DNA of 24,803 nt from the NCBI GenBank assembly GCA_002269645.1, contig NIVC01005148.1, positions 1 to 24,803 of the forward strand, read 5' to 3'. This document shows positions 1-17,200 of this stretch, one piece after another. The DNA comes from Macrostomum lignano. Taxonomy: Eukaryota. The notes under the pieces were generated by a model. That model saw nothing but the letters and a program-made list of their open reading frames with translations, had not been told where the DNA came from and did not search any database. Each line of letters starts with the position of its first letter. Within the stretch, counting starts at the first letter, position 1. The translations under genes were made by a program, and so were the position numbers.

Positions 1-1377
1 TTTACTGTAGGGTAAACAGACAGTGAACCACTTTTGGCATACAGGATTTTGGTATACACAATTTTCGGCGCATACATGATTTTTGGTATTCAAGATTTTT
101 GGCGTGCAACAGAAACCTCATGTTAAGGGTTTTAAAAAAATTGGCGTACATTGGCATGCACCAAGGATTTTTCCATAAATTGATTCCCGCGTGCCACTTG
201 CCACCTTCCTGACTATGGTATAGGGGGCCTACTAGTGCAAGCAAAACATATGTATAATGTATATGCATTTGGCATAATTGGTATATAAGACATACACTGG
301 TGTAACAACATAATAATCAAGGTACAAGTAAGAAGTCTTTGATGTCAGGAATATTTACCCTTGTAGTTTCTATAAAATAGAATATTAATTTAATCAAACA
401 AATAACAAAATGTCTAGTTGCCCAGTATTAACCGGATAAATAGAGAAACATGGCTATTATTTAGTAATCAGATAATGAACCATATCACTATTTGTCTAGT
501 CACTAGATAAATAACAAACAGCCTTTATTTTTTAAATATAACATATATAGTATAATGCAATTGTAGATAAGAACAGTATATAGCTAATAGACCTAATTAA
601 TTTAGACTAATTTGGAAAATTAATATATAAAATTTATATAAATTGGAAATGGACTAATTATTTAAAAAACAAGTTTTTAATGCTGTCAAAGTATTTTCAA
701 TTTAAATGCCCACAATTGGGGGCTTAATGTTGTAGTGTGCTTATATATACTCAATAATATCAAAATAGACAAAAAGTCATTATCACAAAAGATTCTGTCT
801 GTGGTCCTACTTTAGAAGGTATAGGTAAAGTCAATCTTTGCAAGTCATGCAACTTAGCTATACCATGGCAAGCTTGAGTTGAGGAATAAAGTTGGGGGAG
901 ATGCAGTGTTCAATGGTTTTGTTTGTTGGATAGATATTTTTTATTTCAAAATACTCTAAGAGAAATTGGTCATTGGTGCATAGATTAATGACTTTTCAAT
1001 GTTGTTGAGTATAAAATTCTAAACAAAGAAAAATCAATTTGTAAGTAGGTCAAATATTGAAATATAATTTTTTCATGTATTTACTCGTAGTTTATTAGTT
1101 TATTAAAATCAAAGCAGTATGCCTGTTCTTATAAATATGAAAAAATCCTGCCAATGAAGTCACTGAATGGTGTAATAATGGCCATTTCGACATCATTGTA
1201 TCTGGGTAAAAGTTCTTTGTAGTGTTGCTTTTAAAGAGCATCTTGTTGCACTCAACCTCTATTAAAAATTTGATAATATGAAAACATATTTGCATGGTTT
1301 AAAGCTCTTCAACTTGAAAGAATTAAAGCAAACTTGGCACTCCAATCAAATCAGTTCACCTGCAATTCAAGTCAGCT

Positions 1378-2025
1378 ATGCAGACCAACTCTGTGAGCTT
1401 CCCGTCTGAAGAGGACCGGGCCGCCGCCCTGGCCAAGTCGCTGCACGGCTGGCGCGTGCCCATCGTTCGCCTTGACGCCATCCTGCACTGGGAGCAGCCG
1501 CCAGCCCTTGGCGGCATCATTGCTGGCATCACGCTGGCCTTCCTGCTCATTGGCTGGCTGCAGCCGCCTCTTGTGTCTATGCTTGCCATTGTTGGCTTGC
1601 TGCTACTAATAGCAGACTTTGTTGTACCATTGGCCGCTAGTTGGCTTCTGTCTAGTGGAGTTGCCGGCATCGCCTGGACTGAAGCTGACGACCGCCGATA
1701 TCGGGACACCTGCACCAGGCTTGTTGGCGTGTGGGACTCGGTCTCGGGTCTGGCCGCTCAGCTGCTGACTCTCCGCCGCGACAGGCCCCAGTTCTACCTG
1801 GCCATCGCTCTGCCGGCCCTTCTGAGCCTTCTGGTTCTGGCTGAGAAAATTAACAATCTGTTCCTTGCCTACTTGATCATCGTTAGCGGCCTGCTGCTGC
1901 CGGGCCTCCTGGGATCTGGCGTGGCCGCCAGCGCCGCTCGCCAGCTGTACGAGCTCATCAGGGCTCGAGTCCAGGCCCTCCAGCAGCGCTCGGCTGGTAG
2001 CAAAGATCGAAGGCCGAATGAATAA
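1378..2025 (+). CDS. ARL6IP1: ADP-ribosylation factor-like protein 6-interacting protein 1 (reticulon-like ER-shaping membrane protein), single exon, 215 aa
   Basis: Uninterrupted GC-rich ORF in AT-rich flanks. Motifs L.GW..., D.IL.WE.P, ADFVVP, W-T-E, RP.FY and NNLFLAYLI...LLLPGL match ARL6IP1 as I recall it. Two long hydrophobic hairpins and a C-terminal NE as in the human protein. Confidence 0.92.
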   Translation: MQTNSVSFPSEEDRAAALAKSLHGWRVPIVRLDAILHWEQPPALGGIIAGITLAFLLIGWLQPPLVSMLAIVGLLLLIADFVVPLAASWLLSSGVAGIAWTEADDRRYRDTCTRLVGVWDSVSGLAAQLLTLRRDRPQFYLAIALPALLSLLVLAEKINNLFLAYLIIVSGLLLPGLLGSGVAASAARQLYELIRARVQALQQRSAGSKDRRPNE

Positions 2026-2775
2026 TGAATAGAAAATAAGTCGAAAGGTGGTTGACTGTTTTTTTTTCGGGTTTGGTACGAGTATTCAAGACGAGAAAGA
2101 ACTGCGAGATGCCCGGCTGCCTTTTTGTGTTGTTGCGGTTAACAAAACCAGTTTTAATAAGAACGAAAGTCATCGGTATCAATTTTGAAATTCTCCACGA
2201 TGTAAATAGCTGGTCTGACATTAATTTATGTTACAGTTGTCTGGGCACCGCAACCGCATAGCATGCACATCATCTATATATCTACCTATCGATTTATCTG
2301 CTTCTAGCAATAGCAGTAGCAATCTTGTCTGTAGGATTTATTACAGCATACATGTATCAGTAGTCAGCTTGCTTGACTTTATTGCTAACCTGTTGTGTGG
2401 TTTTCTGCGCGCAAATACTTTATTTAATAACACTGAAAACCTGTAGCTCTTAGTGTGCACCCCAGAATGCGAAAATGTTTTTGCTATTTATAACTGCACT
2501 AAGGTCCTAACTAGCCTCTGTGTGTCATTGGCTGGGGTTTTATTTGTGTCTTAAAATTAATATCATCTATCTTTTATCTGCCCGCGTCGGTTGCTATCTG
2601 CTAAAGTGTTTCTTTTATACTATTTTTATACTGTTAAATTGATTTTCAAAACAGACCAAAAAAACTTAAGTAGTGCGAAACTGCCAGGTTTGTCTGGGGC
2701 AATCTGGATTTACTTTGATTTAAGCATCATTATCGTGATGTTTTGAATAGTTTGATTCTTATAAATTGTAGTTTA

Positions 2776-3178
2776 GGTATCTCGATCTCTAGATTGGGTA
2801 TCCGGATCTCTAGATAGGGTATTCTGATCTCTAGATTGGGTATTCTGATCTCTAGATTGGGTATCCTGATCTCTAGATTGGGTATCCTGATCTCTAGATT
2901 GGGTATTCTGATCTCTAGATTGGGTATCCGATTTCTATCTAGATTTGGGTTATCCGGATCTCTAGATTTGGTATTCTGATCTCTAGATTTGGTATTCTGA
3001 TCTCTAGATTTGGTATTCTGATCTCTAGATTGGGTATCCCGATCTCTAGATTTGGTATTCTGATCTCTAGATTGGGTATCCCGATCTCTAGATTTGGTAT
3101 TCTGATCTCTAGATTGGGTATCCCGATCTCTAGATTTGGTATTCTGATCTCTAGATTGGGTATCCGATCTCTAGATTG
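2776..3178. repeat. Minisatellite, 21-bp unit GATT(G/T)GGTATTCTGATCTCTA, about 19 copies
   Basis: Direct tandem repeat read from the sequence. Confidence 0.95.
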
Positions 3179-3634
3179 GCGCACGGGCTGGCAGAGCCGG
3201 AAACTCAGACAAACTTTTCAGTTAGTCATTTTTTATTAAACTTTCAATGGGAACAAAAATACTTATATATTTTCTATTATTTTGTACCCGGAAGTCTTAA
3301 TGTTTTGCAGGATTCGTGTTTTTAGGCATTTTTCCTACTGTTTTTATTATTGGTCCACAGAAGACTGCGCATCCACGTGTGAAATCTGACAGGCTTTGGT
3401 TTATCTCACAAGTATTAATTATTTAATATTTTACCTATACTCGCTGCTGCAATATCCTGTGTCCTTCCCAGCTGTAGTTTGTGCGTTTTTGCTGCTATTT
3501 TTGTGTTTATATTTTTTCATTTCGCTTTTTGGCGCGTTTTCAAATTTGTAATAAGTGTTTTTAACAAAAATTATATCTTGCCTAGCTTAGTTTTGATATT
3601 CAAATATTTTATTGACTTTGATTGATAAGGGATA

Positions 3635-4054
3635 GGATTCTGGGGTATGGGATCATGATGCTAGTGTATGGGATTCGGGTTCTAGGGTATGGGATCAGGA
3701 TGCTAGGGTATGGGATCAGGATGCTAGGGTATGGGATTCGGGTTCTAGGTTATGGGATCAGGATGCTAGAGTATGGATCAGGATGCTAGGGTATGGGATT
3801 CAAGTTCTAGGGTATGGGATGAGGATGCTAGGGTATGGGATCAGGATGCTAGAGTATGGGATCAGGATTCTGGGGTATGGAATTCAAGTTCTAGGGTATG
3901 GGATGAGGATGCTAGGGTATGGGATCAGGATTCTGGGGTATGGGATCAAGATGCTAGGGTATGGGATTCGGGTTCTAGGTTATGGGATCAGGATGCTAGA
4001 GTATGGGATCAGAATGCTAGGGTATGGGATTCAAGTTCTAGGGTATGGGATCAG
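3635..4054. repeat. Minisatellite, 21-bp unit GGGTATGGGATCAGGATGCTA with variants, about 20 copies
   Basis: Direct tandem repeat with interleaved variant units. Confidence 0.95.
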
Positions 4055-4390
4055 GGATTTAAAACTGTTCATGACGATCTTAAACGCAATTTAGTTGACC
4101 CTTGTATTTGAATATTGTGCAATCTTCATTATAAAATCTCTAATGGCTTCTGGTAGTGGTCGCAGTTCTGTAATTAAGGCCACCGCAATGTCAATTTTTA
4201 GCCATGCAGTGCTTCTTCTGTTTATCCCGCCACTTTTTCATCACATTTAATCAATACTAATTTTTCATCTCTCACGTTTTTTGACTGCTAGCGTTTCGTT
4301 CAGTTTTTTGTTTCATCATCATTTTTATCGGTTGGATATGCGCTAACTGATTGGGCTGAGTGATTTGTGTGTTAAAACTCTTTCTTTAAT

Positions 4391-5018
4391 ATCTATGGAT
4401 GCTGCACTGGGGTTCCAGAGATTCTTCATCAGTATTTATGGATGCTGGACTGGGGTTCCAGAGATTCTTCATCAGTATTTATGGATGCTGGACTGGGGTT
4501 CCAGAGATTCTTCATCAGTATTTATGGATGCTGGACTGGGGTTCCAGAGATTCTTCATCAGTATTTATGGATTCTGCACTGGGGTTCCAGAGATTCTTCA
4601 TCATCTATGGATGCTGCACTGGGGTTCCAGAGATTCTTCATCAGTATTTATGGATTCTGCACTGGGGTTCCAGAGATTCTTCATCATCTATGGATGCTGC
4701 ACTGGGGTTCCAGAGATTCTTCATCAGTATTTATGGATTCTGCACTGGGGTTCCAGAGATTCTTCATCATCTATGGATGCTGGACTGGAGTTCCAGAGAT
4801 TCTTCATCAGTATTTATGGATGCTGGACTGGGGTTCCAGAGATTCTTCATCGGTATCTATGGATGCTGGACTGGAGTTCCAGAGATTCTTCATCAACATC
4901 TATGGATGCTGCACTGGGGTTCCAGAAATTCATCAGTATCTATGGATGCTGCACTGGGGTTCCAGAGATTCTTCATCAACATCTATGGATGCTGCACTGG
5001 GGTTCCATAAATTCTTCA
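4391..5018. repeat. Minisatellite, 43/40-bp unit ATGGATGCTG(C/G)ACTGGGGTTCCAGAGATTCTTCATC(AGTATTT/ATCT), about 15 copies
   Basis: Direct tandem repeat with two unit lengths. Confidence 0.95.
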
Positions 5019-5287
5019 TAAACAGTAACTTTATGCCTAATCTGTCTAACGCATTGATGGCCGCTTTAAACTCAGCTGAGAATTTTTTAACAAAAATCAT
5101 TGCAACGCTTTTTAGCACAAAATTAATTGCGTGATATTAATGATCATCATCATACTCCTTGTCCTTATACGGTTAAATATTGATTGGCTTTTAGCCTTGT
5201 CTGTGTCAATTTTTTGTTTTAAAGGTTTGCAGTAAGGAAGCAGATATGTGTAGCAATATCGATAGTAGATAGATAGTAGATAGAAGG

Positions 5288-5645
5288 TAGATATCAGTAG
5301 TTAACAGCGGGTAGATATCGGTAGTTAGCAGAGGGTAGATATCGGTAGTTAGCAGAGGGCAGATAACAGTAGTTAGCAGAGGGTAGATACTCGTATCAGT
5401 ACTTAACAGAGGACAGATATCAGTAGTTAGCAGAGGATAGATATCAGTAGTTATTAGAGGGTAGATATCAGTAGTTACCAGAGGGCAGATATCAGTAGTT
5501 ACCAGAGGGCAGATATCAGTAGTTACCAGAGGGTAGATATCAGTAGTTACCAGAGGGCAGATATCAGTAGTTACCAGAGGGTAGATATCAGTAGTTACCA
5601 GAGGGCAGATATCAGTAGTTACAAGAGGGTAGATATCGGTAATTA
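5288..5645. repeat. Minisatellite, 24-bp unit AGATATCAGTAGTTACCAGAGGG(C/T), about 15 copies
   Basis: Tandem repeat, degenerate at both edges and homogeneous in 5470-5630. Confidence 0.92.
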
Positions 5646-5767
5646 GAAAAAAGTAGATATTTAGTTGACAGAAAAGGGTAGTTATTCGTAGTTATTGCCT
5701 GTAGAAGTGAAATTCACATTACATTTTCACTGTGAAACACTTCAGCGCGCCAGTACAAGTGAATGCA

Positions 5768-10666
<4,899 letters not shown>

Positions 10667-10704
10667 TAAAGTGTTTTTTGTAGGTATCTAGCTAGTTAAC
10701 GTGA

Positions 10705-10710
10705 AATAAA
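10705..10710 (+). terminator. Putative polyadenylation signal of METTL25B
   Basis: AATAAA 38 nt after the stop codon, followed by T-rich sequence at about 10750-10785. Confidence 0.55.
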
Positions 10711-10789
10711 TACGATAATTCATAAGGTTCAATTAATGTAGTTAAGGTTTTCTTAATTCACTTTTGCTTGTGTTCATTTTTTTATTAGC

Positions 10790-11157
10790 AGCATTAGTAG
10801 TAGTAGCATTAGTAGTAGTATTAGTAGTAGTAGTAGTAGTAGCAGTAGTAGTAGTAGTAGTAGCATAGTAGTAGTAGTACTAGTAGTAGTATTGGTGATA
10901 GTAGTAGTGGTAGTAGTAGTAGTAGTATTAGTAGTAGTATTAGTAGTAGTATTGGTGGTAGCAGTAGTATTAGTAGTAGTAGTATTAGTGGTAGTAGTGG
11001 TGGTAGTAGTAGTATTAGTAGTAGTAGTAGTAGTATTAGTAGTAGTATTAGTAGTAGTAGTATTAGTAGTAGTAGTAGTAGTATTAGTAGTAGTAGTATT
11101 AGTGGTAGTAGTGGTGGTAGTAGTAGAAGTGGTAGTAGTATTGGTAGTAGTAGTTAC
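10790..11157. repeat. (TAG)n/(AGT)n microsatellite between METTL25B and C1GALT1
   Basis: Trinucleotide tract with TAT/TGG interruptions. Confidence 0.96.
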
Positions 11158-11275
11158 CATATTCTCCTATCGCGTTCGTCATTCCATGCATGCCAAACAA
11201 CAAAGAAGTTTGAAGAATTTGTTTTTTTCTTCTTTTATTTGCTAAACTCTTTAAAGTTAGACTCGGCTGGTGCAG

Positions 11276-14200
11276 ATGCTGAAGTCCAAGCACACCTTGC
11301 TAACGGCGGCTGTGGGCTTCGCCTTTGGCTGCATGCTCAGCTACCTGCTACTCAATGGCACCGGGGTGCGCGAGCTCGGCTGTCAGCCTGCTGTGATGCA
11401 GGATGCTGCGAAGCTGTGCCACGACACTAAGCAGGTCAGTATACAGTGATCGCGCGACTTTGTTGTTTCAGGACGTCTTCAACTTTAGTCTCCTTTTTTA
11501 TGAAATCACTCTCCGACTTTCGAAATCTTATGAAATGATTGCTAGAAATTTGTCTCGGTTGCTACCATGAAACTGCTTGAAAAGTGAGTTCGAATACTCG
11601 GGGTTCGAGTCACGCTTTTTCAATAAGACTAGAGACGCGTTCTCTCGGTTTGAAAGTTGAGTTGCATCACCAACAAATGATTTGGAACTGGCATCACAGT
11701 GTGCAAGTTAGCGTTGCTTTCTTGTTTTTTTTCACTGTCACGTCCTTCATTTACACTCGGTCCCAATGCCTCTTATTGAAGTTTCACTATATAAGAAAAA
11801 TTGGAATAGACGAATGACAGTCTGCAGTCTTCATAAGGATTCATTGCCCACGAGGATCCATTGCCCATGAGGATCCATTCCCCATGAGGATGCATTCCCA
11901 ATGAGGATCCATTCCCCATGAGAATCAATTTCCCATGAGGATCCATTTCTCACGAGGATTCATTCCCAATGAGGATCCATTCCCCATGAAGATCCATTCC
12001 CCATGAGGATGCATTTCTCATGAGGATGCATTCCCCATGAGGATGCATTCCCCATGAAGATCCATTCCCCATGAAGATCCATTCCCCATGAGGATGCATT
12101 CCCCATGAGGATCCATTCCCCATGAGGATGCATTCCCAATGAGGATCCATTCCCCATGAAGATCCATTCCCCATGAGGATGCATTTCTCATGAGGATGCA
12201 TTCCCCATGAGGATGCATTCCCCATGAAGATCCATTCCCATGAAGATCCATTCCCCATGAGGATGCATTCCCCATGAGGATCCATTCCCCATGAGGATGC
12301 ATTCCCAATGAGGATCCATTTCTCATGAAGATTCATTCCCCATGAGGATGCATTCCCCATGAAGATCCATTCCCCATGAAGATCCATTCCCCATGAAGAT
12401 CCATTCCCCATGAGGATTCATTCCCCATGAGGATCCATTCCCCATGAGGATTCATTCCCCATGAGGATCCATTCCCCATGAGGATCCATTCCCCATGAGG
12501 ATGCATTCCCAATGAGGATCCATTCCCCATGATCCCCCATTAAGAGCCTATTATGAAGTTCGAACTTGTGCAATTTTGACTTGACTTCACTGCTATTCTG
12601 GTCATCTAACAAAGGTTTGCATTCTGAACACGCACTCTGCTCCTGTTTTCCCATCACCGTCAAGGCCTCTGCTCAGCAGCTGCTCGCCGCCGAAGGCCAG
12701 TTCGTGCCCCGCCAGCCGCACGACCACGCCGCCTGGGACGCCGCCATCCGCCGTATGGGTCCAGTGCGCCAGTCTGCTCTGTGGAATGACTCCGCATCTC
12801 ATTCCCATCTGAACGAGAATATCTTTGCCGACAGGCTCAAAGCGAAAGTCCGCATATTCTGCTGGATTATGACTTCGCCTGGCAACCACGAGTCTAAGGC
12901 TGTTCATCTCAAGGCTACCTGGGTCAAACGGTGCAATAACTTTGTATTTATGAGCACTAAAGCTGATCCTTCACTGCCGTCCATTGGTTAGTACTGAGCG
13001 ATAAGTTTTTGCATTGTTTTATCCTGTGTTCAATGTGTATTAGGGACTGTTCAGGTGCATTAGGGACTGTTCAGGTGCATTAGGGACTGTTCAGGTGTAT
13101 TAGGGACTGTTCAGGTGTATTAGCGACTGTTCAGGTGCATTAGGGACTGTTCAGGTGCATTAGGGACTGTTCAGGTGTATTAGGGACTGTTCAGGTGCAT
13201 TAGGGACTGTTCAGGTGCATTAGGGACTGTTCAGGTGTATTAGGGACTGTTCAGGTGTATTAGGGACTGTTCAGGTGTATTAGGGACTGTTCAGGTGTAT
13301 TAGGGACTGTTCAGGTGCATTAGGGACTGTTCAGGTGCATTAGGGACTGTTCAGGTGCATTAGGGACTGTTCAGGTGCATTAGGGACTGTTCAGGTGCAT
13401 TAGGGACTGTTCAGGTGCATTAGGGACTGTTCAGGTGTATTAGGGACTGTTCAGGTGTATTAGGGACTGTTCAGGTGCATTAGGGACTGTTCAGGTGTAT
13501 TAGGGACTGTTCAGGTGTATTAGGGACTGTTCAGGTGCATTAGGGACTGTTCAGGTGCATTAGGGACTGTTCAGGTGCATTAGGGACTGTTCAGGTGTAT
13601 TAGGGACTGTTCAGGTGCATTAGGGACTGTTCAGGTGCATTAGGGACTGTTCAGGTGCATTAGGGACTGTTCAGGTGCATTAGGGACTGTTCAGGTGTAT
13701 TAGGGACTGTTCAGGTGTATTAGGGACTGTTCAGGTGTATTAGGGACTGTTCAGGTGTATTAGGGACTGTTCAGGTGTATTAGGGACTGTTCAGGTGCAT
13801 TAGGGACTGTTCAGGTGTATTAGGGGCTGTTCAGGTGTATTAGGGACTGTTCAGGTGTATTAGGGACTGTTCAGGTGTATTAGGGACTGTTCAGGTGTAT
13901 TAGGGACTGTTCAGGTGTATTAGGGACTGTTCAGGTGTATTAGGGACTGTTCAGGTGTATTAGGGACTGTTCAGGTGTATTAGGGACTGTTCAGGTGTAT
14001 TAGGGACTGTTCAGGTGTATTAGGGACTGTTCAGGTGTATTAGGGACTGTTCAGGTGTATTAGGGACTGTTCAGGTGTATTAGGGACTGTTCAGGTGTAT
14101 TAGGGACTGTTCAGGTGTATTAGGGACTGTTCAGGTGTATTAGGGACTGTTCAGGTATATTAGAGACTGCATCCTCAGGCATTCAGGCATCCTAACTCAC

Positions 14201-17200
14201 TAACCAATCTTTACCAGCTCTGAAGGTAGGCGAAGGCCGCGACAATCTGTGGGCAAAAACGAAGGCAGCATTCCGGTACCTGTACGATCACCACCTGAAG
14301 GATTACGATTTCTTTCTCAAAGCGGACGACGACACCTACGCAGTGGTGGAGAATCTGCGCTACATGCTGCGCAACAGTGACCCGGACTCCGGCCTCTACG
14401 CCGGGCGTCGATTCAAGCCCTTCGTGAGACAGGGCTACATGTCCGGCGGGGCCGGCTACGTGCTGTCCAGAGAGGCTGTCAAACTGTTTATTGAGCGCGG
14501 CCTTCAAAGCAAAAGTTCCAAATGCAGTCCCCAGTCTGGCGGGGCTGAGGATGTTCAAGTTGGTGAGTTCCATGTAAATTGACATTGAAAAGTTATTCAA
14601 TATGCTAATGGATTATGCTTTAGTGACGCCCCAGCTCCAGGGGCGCCATTAACAGAGGTGCTATTATTAGAGGTAGAGGCCACATTATAAGAGGCGCCAT
14701 TATCAGAGGCGCCATTATCAGAGGCGCCATTATCAGTGGCTCCATTATCAGTGGCGCTATATACAGAGGCGCCATTATCAGTGGCGCTATTACCAAAGGC
14801 GCCATTATCAGAGGCGCAATTATCAGAGGCGCTATTATTAAAGGTAGAGGCGCCATTACCAGAGGCGCTATTACCAGAGGCGCCATTATCAGAGGCGCCA
14901 TTATCAGAGGCGCCATTACCAAAGGTGCTATTATTAAAGGTATAGGCGCCATTATCAGAGGCGCTATTATTAAAGGTAGAGGCCCCATTATCAGAGGCGC
15001 CATTATCAGAGGCGCCATTATCAGAGGCGCCATTATCAGAGGCGCCATTACCAAAGGCGCTATTATTAAAGGTATAGCGCCATTACCAGAGGCGCCATTA
15101 TCAGAGGCGCCATTATCAGAGGCGCCATTACCAAAGGCGCTATTATTAAAGGTATAGGCGCCATTACCAGAGGCGCCATTATCAGAGGCGCCATTATCAG
15201 AGGCGCCATTACCAAAGGTGCTATTATTAAAGGTATAGGCGCCATTACCAGAGGCGCCATTACCAGAGGCGCCATTATCAGAGGCGCCATTATCAGAGGC
15301 GCCATTACCAAAGGTGCTATTATTAAAGGTATAGGCGCCATTACCAGAGGCGCCATTCTCAGAGACGCCATTACCAGAGGCGCTATTATCAGAGGCGCCA
15401 TTACCAAAGGTGCTATTATTAAAGGTATAGGCGCCATTACCAGAGGCGCCATTCTCAGAGACGCCATTACCAGAGGCGCTATTATCAGAGGCGCCATTAC
15501 CAAAGGTGCTATTATTAAAGGTATAGGCGCCATTACCAGAGGCGCCATTCTCAGAGACGCCATTCTCAGAGACGCCATTCTCAGAGACGCCATACACTCT
15601 TGGCATCGGATTGGAGGGGGGAAGGCAGCACGCATATCAGAGCCGCTCTTGAAAATGCAAACTATGCTACTATTTGATCAGACTTTAAGTCCTACGTGTT
15701 GAAATCCGATAGCTCGCCCAACTGGTTTGGACTTGATGGACACGCCTTGTTCCTCCTTAACTTTTCGCAGGCTCCTGTCTGGAATCTGTCGGAGTTAAAG
15801 TTTTCGATTCCGTTGACGAGCTGGGTCGAGAACGATTCCACCCGTTCCCGCCCGAGAGCCACCTGCTGCCCAATGCCATACCCAAGGATAACTGGCTGTG
15901 GCATTACAACTATCATCCGCTGAAAACTGTTAGTGCATTTCCCTGTGTTTTTTCCTATTTGCTTTGATGCTCGCTTCTTTTGCTACCCTCCACCGCTTCT
16001 CTTGCTACCCTCCACCGCTTCTTTTGCTACCCTCCACCGCTTCTTTTGCTACCCTCCACCGCTTCTCTTGCTACCCTCCACCGCTTCTTTTGCTACCCTC
16101 CACCGCTTCTTTTGCTACCCTCCACCGCTTCTCTTGCTACCCTCCACCGCTTCTTTTGCTACCCTCCACCGCTTCTTTTGCTACCCTCCACCGCTTCTTT
16201 TGCTACCCTCCACCGCTTCTCTTGCTACCCTCCACCGCTTCTTTTGCTACCCTCCACCGCTTCTTTTGCTACCCTCCACCCCTTCTCTTGCTACCCTCCA
16301 CCCCTTCTCTTGCTACCCTCCGGTGCTTCTTTTGCTACCCTCCGAATCTCCTTTTGCTACCCTCCACCGCTTCTCTTGCTACCCTCCACCGCTTCTTTTG
16401 CTACCCTCCACCGCTTCTCTTGCTACCCTCCACCGCTTCTTTTGCTACCCTCCACCGCTTCTTTTGCTACCCTCCACCGCTTCTCTTGCTACCCTCCACC
16501 GCTTCTTTTGCTACCCTCCACCGCTTCTTTTGCTACCCTCCACCGCTTCTTTTGCTACCCTCCACCGCTTCTTTTGCTACCCTCCACCCCTTCTCTTGCT
16601 ACCCTCCGGTGCTTCTTTTGCTAACCTCCGAATCTCCTTTTGCTACCCTCCACCGCTTCTCTTGCTACCCTCCACCCCTTCTCTTGCTACCCTCCGGTGC
16701 TTCTTTTGCTACCCTCCGAATCTCCTTTTGCTACCCTCCACCGCTTCTCTTGCTACCCTACACCCCTTCTCTTGCTACCCTACACCGCTTCTCTTGCTAC
16801 CCTCCGGTGCTTCTTTTGCTAACCTCCGAATCTCCTTTTGCTACCCTCCACCGCTTCTCTTGCTACCCTCCACCCCTTCTCTTGCTACCCTCCACCCCTT
16901 CTCTTGCTACCCTCCGGTGCTTCTTTTGCTACCCTCCACCGCTTCTCTTGCCACCCTCTCAGATCCTTCAGTGGCCAGCCAATGCCAGCGGCATACACTT
17001 GCGCAGAAATGGTTGAATTTCTTACACCGTCACTCCGCAGGGCCCCGACTGCTGCAGCGACACCACCGTCTCGTTTCACTACGTGAGTCCCCGACTGATG
17101 TACGCACTGGAGTTCTTCGTCTACCATCTGAAACCCTACGGCGTTATTCACGATTTTGAAACTGTGAAATCGTTTGTTCTGGCCGAGTTGAAGTCGCAGT

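Noticed and set aside
300-1300. Coding or transposase remnant in the AT-rich upstream region
   Set aside because: Only short ORFs with no recognisable motif were found, so it cannot be supported without a homology search.
11586-11620. tRNA gene from T-arm/B-box-like GAGTTCGAATACTC and GGTTCGAGTC (similar GGTTCGATTCC at 20132-20142)
   Set aside because: I could not find an A-box, acceptor stem or cloverleaf. At most these are SINE-like remnants.
10774-12530. Poly-Thr/poly-Val and MGNGSSWG ORFs
   Set aside because: These are translations of (TAG)n and the 17-bp intronic array.
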